This document shows, one piece after another, positions 29,441-38,089 of a stretch of DNA of 64,000 nt. Below the pieces are notes generated by a model. It had not been told where the DNA came from and searched no databases. It was given only the letters and a program-made list of their open reading frames with translations. Each line of letters opens with the position of its first letter. Positions within the stretch are counted from its first letter, which is position 1. The DNA comes from Brevibacillus sp. SYSU BS000544 (GTDB taxonomy: Bacteria; Bacillota; Bacilli; Brevibacillales; Brevibacillaceae), in assembly GCF_049846925.1 (NCBI RefSeq), contig NZ_JBNCMT010000002.1:7885-71884 (forward strand), read 5' to 3'. The translations under genes were made by a program, and so were the position numbers.

Positions 29441-31525
29441 ATGCTCGAACCTTATACCGTAACCAGACATGTTTGCCCTCGCAACTGTTATAGTTCCTGC
29501 AGCATGCTAGGCTATTCCACTGATGGCATCCTTCAGAAAGTAGGAGGAGACCCTCTCCATGGCTACACAAAAGGAAAGCTCTGCCCCAAAGGCTTTAACT
29601 ATGTAAATCTCGTTTATCACCCTGAAAGAATCAAACACCCCATGATTCAGGAAAAGAGAGGCAGCGGCAAGTGGCGCAAGATTTCATGGGACACCGCTTT
29701 GGATATTATTTCTGAGAAAATCATTGAACTCCACCATCGCTATGATTCTCACCTGTCTCTTGCTCTGAATAAGTACTCAGGCAATTTCGGCATCTTGCAT
29801 CAAGCCGTAGAAGGAATGTTTAACAGCCTTGGTAAAACTTCAAGAGCAATCGGATCACCCTGTTGGTCACCAGGACTGGATGCCTTTCATTTTGATTTTG
29901 GTTGGCACCAAACATCTGATCTAGAAGATTTGATTCACGCCAAAACGATCATTCTCTGGGGTGTCAATCCGGTATGGACCTCGATTCATGCGCTTCCCTA
30001 TTTGTATCAGGCTAAAGAAATGGGCGCCACACTTATCACGATTGACCCAGTTTACACGGCAACTGCACAGAAATCCGATTTGTATTTTCAAGTGAAGCCA
30101 GGCAGTGACGGGGCTTTGGCACTTGCAATCGCCAAATACATCATTGATCATCAATTGCAAGACATGGATTTCATTGAAAAAAATACGGTTGGCTGGGATG
30201 AATGCAAAGCATATGTCGATTCCTTTCCAATGGAAGAGGCATTGCAAACGTGCGGTCAAACACTTGAAGCCATCAAGGAATTATCCTATCGGCTGATAGA
30301 AGGAGATCCTGTTTTTATTTGGACTGGATTCGGGTTACAGCGGCATGTACATGGTGGCCAAAGCATTCGAGCAATCAATGCTTTAGCAGCTATCACTGGG
30401 AATATTGGACGAAGAGGAAGTGGAGTACACTTTGCCAATGATCCCCAATGGAAGTTCACCTCAAACATTACAAAACACTTTCCGGATCATGTGGATCAGA
30501 ACAATTGCATCCGTCCGATTGACATTAATAACTTTGCAAAAGAGCTTCTTGGCCTGCAAGACCCTCCCGTGAAATTTCTCTGGATTTCTTGTCGCAACCT
30601 GTTAACCCAAAATCCGGATCGAGCTGTACTGATTCGGGCACTCCAATCATTAGAGCTGATTGTGACAGTCGACCTGTTCCTAACTCCCACAGCACAGTTA
30701 TCCGACATTGTCCTTCCTACCACAACGAATTTTGAAGAGTGGGATATTGTTTCAGGATACTGGCATCATTGGATCAGTATCAATCAGCCAGCAATCCCTC
30801 CTTATCACGAAAGTAAAAGTGATTTACAGATTGCCAAACTCTTATCCCAGAAATTAAATGAAAAGTCTCCCGGACTGTCTTCGTTTCCGACAGAAAAAAC
30901 GCCCATTCAATTTATTGAGGACGAATTTACTGATGAAATATATAGAGATCTGCAAATTTCTCAATGGACAGATCTTCTCAATGGCCCTAGAAGGAAACCT
31001 AGCCCCAATACAGCTTGGGAAAATTTACAGTTTGGCACTCCTTCTAAAAAAATTGAGCTTTATTCTCAATCGGCTGAAGATAGTTCCCTTCCGCCACTAG
31101 CTATGTATGTTCCTGCTCAGCAAGGAAACCAGAAATATCCCTATCGTCTGTTGATCACTCATGAACAATATCAAATCAATTCTCAATTTATTAATATTTA
31201 CTCGCTTCACGCAATCAAAACTGAACCGCACGTACTGCTTCACCCTGCGTTAGCAAAAGAAAGAAATATTGAATTGGGTGACATGGTGCGAATTTACAAC
31301 AATGATGGAGAGATGGTGATTAAAGCCAAGATTTCCTCGAGTGTAAGTAAATATACCCTACAAATTGCTCATTCGAATAACTTGCCCGTAAACAATCTGA
31401 TTTCGTTTATTCCTGCTGATATGGGAAAAGCAGTTACAGGTGCAAATGGTGTAGCGCTGAACGATACTTTTGTTGCTATTGAAAAGCTTGACGACATCAA
31501 ACTTGTCGAGTTACACCATCGTTAA
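29441..31525 (+). CDS. Second DmsA-like molybdopterin oxidoreductase catalytic subunit lacking a Tat signal (predicted cytoplasmic)
   Basis: Begins directly with the Fe-S motif VCPRNCYSSCSM at residue 12. Paralogous to 23911-26124 (KISWD…LNKYSGNF…). Ribosome-binding site AAGGGGG. Confidence 0.8.
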   Translation: MLEPYTVTRHVCPRNCYSSCSMLGYSTDGILQKVGGDPLHGYTKGKLCPKGFNYVNLVYHPERIKHPMIQEKRGSGKWRKISWDTALDIISEKIIELHHRYDSHLSLALNKYSGNFGILHQAVEGMFNSLGKTSRAIGSPCWSPGLDAFHFDFGWHQTSDLEDLIHAKTIILWGVNPVWTSIHALPYLYQAKEMGATLITIDPVYTATAQKSDLYFQVKPGSDGALALAIAKYIIDHQLQDMDFIEKNTVGWDECKAYVDSFPMEEALQTCGQTLEAIKELSYRLIEGDPVFIWTGFGLQRHVHGGQSIRAINALAAITGNIGRRGSGVHFANDPQWKFTSNITKHFPDHVDQNNCIRPIDINNFAKELLGLQDPPVKFLWISCRNLLTQNPDRAVLIRALQSLELIVTVDLFLTPTAQLSDIVLPTTTNFEEWDIVSGYWHHWISINQPAIPPYHESKSDLQIAKLLSQKLNEKSPGLSSFPTEKTPIQFIEDEFTDEIYRDLQISQWTDLLNGPRRKPSPNTAWENLQFGTPSKKIELYSQSAEDSSLPPLAMYVPAQQGNQKYPYRLLITHEQYQINSQFINIYSLHAIKTEPHVLLHPALAKERNIELGDMVRIYNNDGEMVIKAKISSSVSKYTLQIAHSNNLPVNNLISFIPADMGKAVTGANGVALNDTFVAIEKLDDIKLVELHHR

Positions 31526-32114
31526 CATACAAAAAAATCCCTCCGAAGTTCGGAGAGATCCAAATAAAAACGCCCTATCGATTATATAGGGCAGAGGTTT
31601 GTACGTGATAGATACAGTATATTCATCTTAAGCAATATACTCAATAGTGATATATAGGTATTTAAACCTTATAATAGCAAAAAAAATTGGCTGCTCACCC
31701 TGCGAATTTTGAGCGCCAATTTATTCCCCAGATCGGGTTGTACTAGATACTACCCTATATTATAGTTTTCGTAAAATTTATATTGGGGTTATATAGGTTT
31801 TTACTGGTAATTCATCGATTTTTCCTAACATACAAAAAAAAATCCCTCCGAAGTTCGGAGAGATCCAAATATAAACGCCCTATCGATTATATAGGGCGGA
31901 GGTTTGTACGTGATAGATACAGTATATTCATCTTTATCAATATACTCAATGGTGATATATAGGTATTTAAACCTTATAATAGCAAAAAAAAAATTGGCTG
32001 CTCACTCTGCAAAATTGGAGCGCCAATTTATATCCCCAGATCGGGTTGTACTAGATACTCCCTATATTATTGTTTTCGTCCAATTTATATTGGGGTTATA
32101 TAGGTTTTTACTGG
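31526..32114. repeat. Tandem direct duplication of a ~303-bp non-coding unit, two copies ~95% identical; each copy carries two terminator-like hairpins and several TATATAGGG palindromic motifs
   Basis: Copy 1 is 31526-31828 and copy 2 is 31829-32114, both beginning catacaaaaaaa(aa)tccctccgaagttcggagagatcc...; near-identical by direct reading. Confidence 0.85.
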
Positions 32115-32146
32115 AAAATTGCTATATTCAATACATCGAACCAATC

Positions 32147-32629
32147 CTACTCCTGAATCGTTAACCTGCTTACAACCTCAGTCAGACGATCCAGGTTTTC
32201 TTCATTCGCCGGAACAACAATTTCTTTTACCCTTTCCAGCTCTTCTACTGTCTCAAAACACTGCCGGAAAGTTAGACCTGTTTTGCCATGCAGGTCATCG
32301 AAAATGGCTGTTATTTGGAAGCGGTGAACCGGACCGATATGAGTCAAAACAAAGCGTTCTGGGAAGCTGATTTCATCAAATACACATTCATTCGGGTAGT
32401 CTACACCGTTCGGGCCATGCATGGTTAATTTCCAGTTTCCACCCGGCTTTAGCTCAAATTCATGAAACGTATTCGTGAAACCTTTAGGCCCCCACCATTG
32501 CGCCAGAAGTTCTGGGGATGTCCAAGCGCTAAAAACAATTTCACGTGGTGCATTAATTATTCGCTTATGCACCGATTCGCAGGTACCTGCACCTTCCGTA
32601 GAGCCTGCACTCAAATGAGCATCTGACAT
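32147..32629 (-). CDS. SRPBCC (Aha1/activator-of-Hsp90-ATPase-like) domain protein
   Basis: AHSA1-like domain (…FSAWTSPELLAQWWGPKGF…). Start at MSDAHL with a GGAGGGA ribosome-binding site. Confidence 0.7.
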   Translation of the reverse strand: MSDAHLSAGSTEGAGTCESVHKRIINAPREIVFSAWTSPELLAQWWGPKGFTNTFHEFELKPGGNWKLTMHGPNGVDYPNECVFDEISFPERFVLTHIGPVHRFQITAIFDDLHGKTGLTFRQCFETVEELERVKEIVVPANEENLDRLTEVVSRLTIQE

Positions 32630-32672
32630 TTTGAATCCCTCCGCTTCCATTATTATTTCCGCTCTCGATCTC

Positions 32673-33113
32673 CTACTTGCTTCGGAGCCCTTCGCCGAGT
32701 TTATCCAGCATGAGTTGTGTGCCATGCTCCCGCTGTTCTGGTGAATCATAGCCATCAAGGAACACACCTTGCTCTGTGAAGACCAGCCGTGTACCGTTAT
32801 CAACGGGTTCCATTTCAACCGTTACCAAGGATACTGAGATTCTGGTTTGCCCCATATCCAACGAGTAGCTGTAAACAATACGCTGTCCGGCTACAATCTC
32901 CTGATAACAAGCTTCGAACGTAAAGATTGGACCACCGGGAGGTCCCCCCTGATTCGTTTCCCTTCCTCCAACCCGAAAGTCAAACTCATCAGGCTTTTGA
33001 AACCATTGTGCTTTCGCTGCTGGATCTGCCCAAGCGGCAAATACCCTCTCAGGCGTGGTGCCATACATACGTTCAATTACAAAAGTAGCATGTTTGGCAG
33101 ATCGTTCGTTCAT
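32673..33113 (-). CDS. SRPBCC (Aha1-like) domain protein, paralogous neighbour
   Basis: …VFAAWADPAAKAQWFQ… same fold family. Confidence 0.7.
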   Translation of the reverse strand: MNERSAKHATFVIERMYGTTPERVFAAWADPAAKAQWFQKPDEFDFRVGGRETNQGGPPGGPIFTFEACYQEIVAGQRIVYSYSLDMGQTRISVSLVTVEMEPVDNGTRLVFTEQGVFLDGYDSPEQREHGTQLMLDKLGEGLRSK

Positions 33114-33116
33114 CAG

Positions 33117-33623
33117 TTATTCCTCCTTTTTAAGCACAGCATTCGCAGGCTTGGACAGAAAATCTCCCAGTCGGTCAAAGCTGCGCTCCCAGTCCAGTTT
33201 CCGCGCCGCAAAAAACTTTTCATGACTCTTCTTCATGAGCTTCAACAACTTCGTAAATTCCTCGACTGACACTTCTTCTTTTGTTTGCATCAGCCCGAGC
33301 ACGTACTCCAATTCTCCCAAAAGCTTTTGTTGAATCCGGATATTGTCTTTTATTAGCCTGATTTGCTGGGACACAACCTCGATTGGATTGTAATTTTCTC
33401 CAAGCAGCACCGATTTAACTTCATCCAGCGATAAATTCAATTCCTTTAGTGCCAAGATTTGATGTAATCGGGATAAGTCCTCTTCGTTATACAACCTGTG
33501 TCCAGAATCAGAATATCCCGATGGGGAGAACAAGCCTATCTGATCGTAATAGCGTAACGTCCGGATCGTTAACCCCGTTAGCTTCGCAAGCTCGCCTACC
33601 TTCCAGGTTGTTTTCATTCTCAT
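33117..33623 (-). CDS. MerR-family transcriptional regulator
   Basis: N-terminal helix-turn-helix WKVGELAKLTGLTIRTLRYYDQIGL. Confidence 0.8.
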   Translation of the reverse strand: MRMKTTWKVGELAKLTGLTIRTLRYYDQIGLFSPSGYSDSGHRLYNEEDLSRLHQILALKELNLSLDEVKSVLLGENYNPIEVVSQQIRLIKDNIRIQQKLLGELEYVLGLMQTKEEVSVEEFTKLLKLMKKSHEKFFAARKLDWERSFDRLGDFLSKPANAVLKKEE

Positions 33624-33778
33624 CTCCTTTCTTCCACGTGACGAATTACCGGTACCCTAACTATAAAACATTACGTAACGTTAGGTGCAAGTGTTATTTG
33701 GTATTTGCAACCATATCTTGAACGATTCGTAAAAGTAGAAAGAAATCCATCCGAATATGATGAAACGACATTCTACAA

Positions 33779-34891
33779 ATGCGTGTGCAGGATAAAATCC
33801 TTAGTGGCAGGGAAGTGAAGCTTGTGAAAAATGCACTAATGGAAATATTGACCCAAGAGCGAATGCAACGTTGGGCAAGCCCTCCAACTCATCATCTAAC
33901 AATTGGTCTGGTATCAAAAGCGGAAAGACTGGTATGGACAAAAGGTCAATGGGATGAAGACAGCGCAGCAAAATCTCTCTATGAGATCGGTTCTATTACC
34001 AAGACGATCATCGGACTATTGCTGGCAATTGGCGAACAGAAGGGAATTTGGAGTCGTTCCAATTCATTATCAGACCTCTTTCCCGAATGGTCATCAAGCT
34101 CGTTTGCACAACAAACGACCCTCTTGCAGCTTGTGACCCATACAGCAGGTCTGCCAGAGGTTCCTGCAAACTTCCGAGATACGATCGTAGATAAGCTTGA
34201 TCCTTATGCAAATTATTCAGAAGGACATTTAATAGAAGCAGTTTTAAGAGAGAGCCCGAAAACTAAAAAAAGCCACCAGTACTCCAACTATGGCTTTGGG
34301 ATACTCGGGTGGCTTCTTTCCAAACGATTAGGCAAAAACTTGGAAGATGCGCTAAATGATGAGGTTTTCAAACCTTTGGGAATGACTGATTCTCGCATCG
34401 GCTTGATTGCACAGATGAATGAGAGCAACGGCTTCGCCACCCCTCTTCCGGTCTTTAATGCGAAAGGCAAATCTGTGCCTCACTGGCATTTTCTTGACAC
34501 TATGGCAGGAGCCGGGGGCGTTTGTTCCACGATCACAGACATGCTTAACTACATCGAAGCACATTTGAACCTTACAGATGAACCAATACTGAGATCTGCG
34601 CTGGCACAATGCCATCAAGAGCACCATGCTATTTTTCCTGACAAAGGGATTGGAATCGGCTACGGTTGGATGTTCTATAAAGAAAAGGATGGCTCTACTA
34701 CTCACTGGCACAATGGAGGAACATACGGATCAAGCAGTTTTGCCACTTTTAACCGAGACAAGCAAACGGGATTGGTCATTCTGTCCAATAATGGAACCGA
34801 TCTTTGGAGTCAATTGCCGCTCATCGGTATGCACAAAATGAATGTAGATAAGTTGGCTCAAATGCTGACTACCAGGCTGTATCAAAGCTGA
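33779..34891 (+). CDS. Serine hydrolase / class C beta-lactamase-like esterase
   Basis: SxxK motif (GSITKT), YSN (QYSNYG) and HNGGT box equivalents; cytoplasmic. Start uncertain. Confidence 0.65.
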   Translation: MRVQDKILSGREVKLVKNALMEILTQERMQRWASPPTHHLTIGLVSKAERLVWTKGQWDEDSAAKSLYEIGSITKTIIGLLLAIGEQKGIWSRSNSLSDLFPEWSSSSFAQQTTLLQLVTHTAGLPEVPANFRDTIVDKLDPYANYSEGHLIEAVLRESPKTKKSHQYSNYGFGILGWLLSKRLGKNLEDALNDEVFKPLGMTDSRIGLIAQMNESNGFATPLPVFNAKGKSVPHWHFLDTMAGAGGVCSTITDMLNYIEAHLNLTDEPILRSALAQCHQEHHAIFPDKGIGIGYGWMFYKEKDGSTTHWHNGGTYGSSSFATFNRDKQTGLVILSNNGTDLWSQLPLIGMHKMNVDKLAQMLTTRLYQS

Positions 34892-34903
34892 TTTGTCACT
34901 TTT

Positions 34904-36304
34904 TTAGCGAAACAGAATGAGAATTTGGTTCGGTCCGGTTCGTCTCATCACCCAATACCCGCTTTCTGTATTTGTAGCGATCCCGCCATCGCTGGGCAGG
35001 CAATAGCCGCCTACGAAACAAGTCCCGTCATCTCGGACGAGAAGCTTTCCGATTAGACCAACCGCTGCCCATTCCGGTCGATCCATACGAGATCGGCACG
35101 GTTTCTCCGGTTCCCAGAATGGATTGATTACAGGTCGTCTCTCGGTCCTCTCTGGAGCGAGAATTCTACCATCCTGATCAGTAACGGCTGGAAAAAAGAC
35201 ATCCTCGTACTGCTTGCGGTTCCATTCATCGAGCAGGAATTTGCCACAAGCAGGATCTTCCACATCGGCTAGATACCCTGGATTGGAGCTAGTCACTCCC
35301 AGAATGTAGCTATCACTTGCAGTTGCCTTACGAATTTTCTCACTACCACTGGCAAACGTCACGAAATAGCCTACGTCTATCAGCTCTCCGTTAGAAGATT
35401 CAAACATCTCTGCAAAGTCGCAGGCACCTGCGGAAGTGATTACTCCAGCCGTGGTTACCGTTGAATCGAAACAGGCGGTTCCGTTACTTTGGATTTTGGC
35501 GACGACACCCGCTGTAGAATACTGAGAAGGACCGTTCATCAGATACCAGGAAAAGGGCAGATCACCGCCAGCAGGGTTAGGCTGCCCGTCCCTCCCCATG
35601 ACATGGACACCTTGCAAGCCATTGGTGGCAGTAAAAAAGCCTTCTGCATGGGATTGGGCTGCGTCTGCCCTTGTATTGCTTCCTTGCGCATGAGAAGAAT
35701 TACCGGAAGCCTCCGTTGAACTACCCTCTGCATGAGCTGCAAAAGCTGAAGCAGTGGTAAAAGATCCCTCTGCATGAGCAGTGAAACCTGTAGCTTTCGT
35801 TGCACTACCCTCCGCATGAGAAGATACACCACTCGCAGTTGTCGTCTCACCCTCCGCATGAGCAGCAGAACCAGTAGCCTGGGTAAAAATGCCCTCCGCA
35901 TGGGAAAAATCACCGCTGGCAATCGGACCTGGGAAAAATTCAACATTGTTTGAACCCCCTTCCGCATGAGATGCAAATCCGCTGGCTCTAGTACCAACCC
36001 CTTCTGCATGAGATCCATTTCCGCTTGCTATTGTCTGGAAACCTTCCGCATGGGATGCCTCACCACTTGCTTTCGTAAGTTCTCCCTCGGCATGCGAGCC
36101 ATTCGCCTCAGCAATGGTTTGGTATCCTTCTGAATGAGCAGTCACACCAATGGCAGTAGTTTGATACCCTTCTGCATGCGAGGCTTCACCAAACGTAATC
36201 GTAAGTTCTCCTTCCGCATGGGACGCAGGCCCGCCTGCTGTAGTATTGTTCCCTTCCGCCTCCGAGCACGGACCAAAAGCGTTATTATTGCATCCATCTG
36301 GCAT
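34904..36304 (-). CDS. SHAEG-repeat protein A: conserved Cys-containing N-cap, ~13 copies of a 14-residue [AS]HAEGxxTxA[ST]Gxx repeat, conserved ~230-aa Cys-containing C-terminal domain; no signal peptide
   Basis: Direct reading of the translation (466 aa from MPDGCNNNAFGPC). Ribosome-binding site AAGGATGA; tandem with two paralogs. Confidence 0.75.
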   Translation of the reverse strand: MPDGCNNNAFGPCSEAEGNNTTAGGPASHAEGELTITFGEASHAEGYQTTAIGVTAHSEGYQTIAEANGSHAEGELTKASGEASHAEGFQTIASGNGSHAEGVGTRASGFASHAEGGSNNVEFFPGPIASGDFSHAEGIFTQATGSAAHAEGETTTASGVSSHAEGSATKATGFTAHAEGSFTTASAFAAHAEGSSTEASGNSSHAQGSNTRADAAQSHAEGFFTATNGLQGVHVMGRDGQPNPAGGDLPFSWYLMNGPSQYSTAGVVAKIQSNGTACFDSTVTTAGVITSAGACDFAEMFESSNGELIDVGYFVTFASGSEKIRKATASDSYILGVTSSNPGYLADVEDPACGKFLLDEWNRKQYEDVFFPAVTDQDGRILAPERTERRPVINPFWEPEKPCRSRMDRPEWAAVGLIGKLLVRDDGTCFVGGYCLPSDGGIATNTESGYWVMRRTGPNQILILFR

Positions 36305-36354
36305 AGGAATCATCCTTTCTTTTGTTGGCTTATCAGCGTTATCCTAACTTTGCA

Positions 36355-38049
36355 TTAACGGAATACAACAAGAACTTGATTGGTTCCAGTCCGTTTCAAT
36401 ATCCGATAACCTGTTTCAGATTTGGTGGCGATTCCCTCATTATTGGGCATACAGTACCCTCCAACTACACAGGTTCCGTCGTCTCGGACAAGGAGTTTGC
36501 CGATCATGCCCACTGCTGCCCATTCCGGTCTTTCCAAGCGGGAACGGCACGGCTTCTCCGGTTCCCAAAAAGGATTTAGAACAGGACGTTTCTCCATTCG
36601 TTCAGGAACGATAATATTGCCTTCCCGATCCGTAATAGCAGGAAGTACGATATCTTCGTACTGCTTGCGGTTCCATTCGTCGAGCAGAAATTTGCCACAT
36701 GCTGGGTCTTCCGCATCTGCCAGTACTCCTGGATTAGAGCTGGTGATCCCCAAAATGTAGTCGTCACTTGCGTTTGCTTTGCGGATTTTCTCACTGGCAC
36801 CGTCAAGGGTTACAAAATAACCAACGTCAATCAACTCGCCGGTTGAGGTTTCATACATCTCGGCAAAGTCGCAGGCGCCAGCAGCCGTGTTAAAGGCAGA
36901 GGCAGTAACTGTTGAATCGAAGCAGGCTGTGCCGTTACTTTGGATTTTGGCTACAACTCCTGCTGTTGAGTAAGGAGCGGCTCCGTTCACCAGAAACCAG
37001 GAAAAGGGTAGGTCGCCGCCAGCCGGGTTAGGGGCCCCATTTTGTCCCATGACGTGGACGCCTATCAAACCGTTTGCGCTGGTTCTTCCGCCCTCTGTAT
37101 GGGCTAACGATGCATTTGCTATGGTTGCAGATCCTTCTGCATGAGCTGAAGTAGCACTTGCTATACTGCCATCACCTTCCGCATGAGCCGATTGTCCTGT
37201 TGCTTGAGTACCAAGCCCTTCTGCGTGAGAGCCAAATCCGCTGGAGGTGGTACTGACACCCTCCGCATGAGCAGCAACTCCGCTGGCCTTGGTCTCAATG
37301 CCTTCCGCGTGAGAAGAAGGTCCGCTGGCTTCTGTAGAGGTTCCTTCTGCATGAGCCGCTCGTGCAGTAGCATCAGTGCCTTCCCCTTCCGCATGGGAGG
37401 CAAATCCGCTTGCTAATGTAGAGTTACCTTCCGCATGGGAAGAAACGCCGCTTGCTAGAGAAAACGCTCCTTCTACATGAGCGCCTAAGTTTGATGCTTC
37501 TGTTGTGAACCCCTCAGCATGAGAGGCAAATCCACTAGAGGTAGTTCCACTTCCTTCCGCATGGGAATTAACTCCGCTGGCCGTTGTGTTGTCTCCTTCC
37601 GCATGAGCAGCATCGTTTGTCGCCTTAGTAGATATACCTTCCGCATGGGAAAAGTTGCCGCTGGCTATCGGAGCAGGAGTAGAAGCAATATCTGGTGTAC
37701 CTCCTTCCGCATGAGCGCCGAGTCCACTGGCGGTTGTAGCAATCCCTTCTGCATGAGAGGCATTTCCACTTGCCGTTGCTTGGAAGCCTTCCGCATGGGA
37801 TGCCTCACCGCTTGCTTTCGTAAGTTCACCCTCGGCATGCGAGCCGTTCGCTTCAGCAATGGTTTGATATCCTTCTGAATGAGCAGTCACACCAATGGCA
37901 GTTGTCTGATATCCTTCCGCATGAGAAGCTTCACCAAAAGTAATGGTAAGTTCACCTTCCGCATGGGATGCAGGTCCACCAGCCGTGGTATTATTACCTT
38001 CCGCCTCCGAGCAAGGACCAAAAGCGTTATTATTGCATCCATCTGACAT
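36355..38049 (-). CDS. SHAEG-repeat protein B (paralog; ~21 repeats; 565 aa)
   Basis: Start at MSDGCNNNAFGPC with an AAAGGAGG ribosome-binding site 8 nt upstream. N-terminal ~95 aa identical to A at the protein level; conserved C-terminal domain ending GTNQVLVVFR. Confidence 0.75.
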   Translation of the reverse strand: MSDGCNNNAFGPCSEAEGNNTTAGGPASHAEGELTITFGEASHAEGYQTTAIGVTAHSEGYQTIAEANGSHAEGELTKASGEASHAEGFQATASGNASHAEGIATTASGLGAHAEGGTPDIASTPAPIASGNFSHAEGISTKATNDAAHAEGDNTTASGVNSHAEGSGTTSSGFASHAEGFTTEASNLGAHVEGAFSLASGVSSHAEGNSTLASGFASHAEGEGTDATARAAHAEGTSTEASGPSSHAEGIETKASGVAAHAEGVSTTSSGFGSHAEGLGTQATGQSAHAEGDGSIASATSAHAEGSATIANASLAHTEGGRTSANGLIGVHVMGQNGAPNPAGGDLPFSWFLVNGAAPYSTAGVVAKIQSNGTACFDSTVTASAFNTAAGACDFAEMYETSTGELIDVGYFVTLDGASEKIRKANASDDYILGITSSNPGVLADAEDPACGKFLLDEWNRKQYEDIVLPAITDREGNIIVPERMEKRPVLNPFWEPEKPCRSRLERPEWAAVGMIGKLLVRDDGTCVVGGYCMPNNEGIATKSETGYRILKRTGTNQVLVVFR

Positions 38050-38089
38050 GCAAAGCGCCTCCTTTATTGATAAGGCTTGTAAGTAGTTT

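Noticed and set aside
32119-32370. 83-aa plus-strand ORF spanning the end of the tandem repeat into the SRPBCC gene
   Set aside because: It overlaps the minus-strand SRPBCC gene and the repeat, with no ribosome-binding site.
35539-36018. ORF with repetitive LMRK motifs (and similar ORFs at 37161-37403, 37519-37878, 37665-37859, 38704-38898, 38917-39240, 39065-39307, 39301-39486, 39527-39724)
   Set aside because: They lie in alternative frames or on the opposite strand of the SHAEG repeat genes. Their periodicity mirrors the 42-bp DNA repeat, so they are artefacts.
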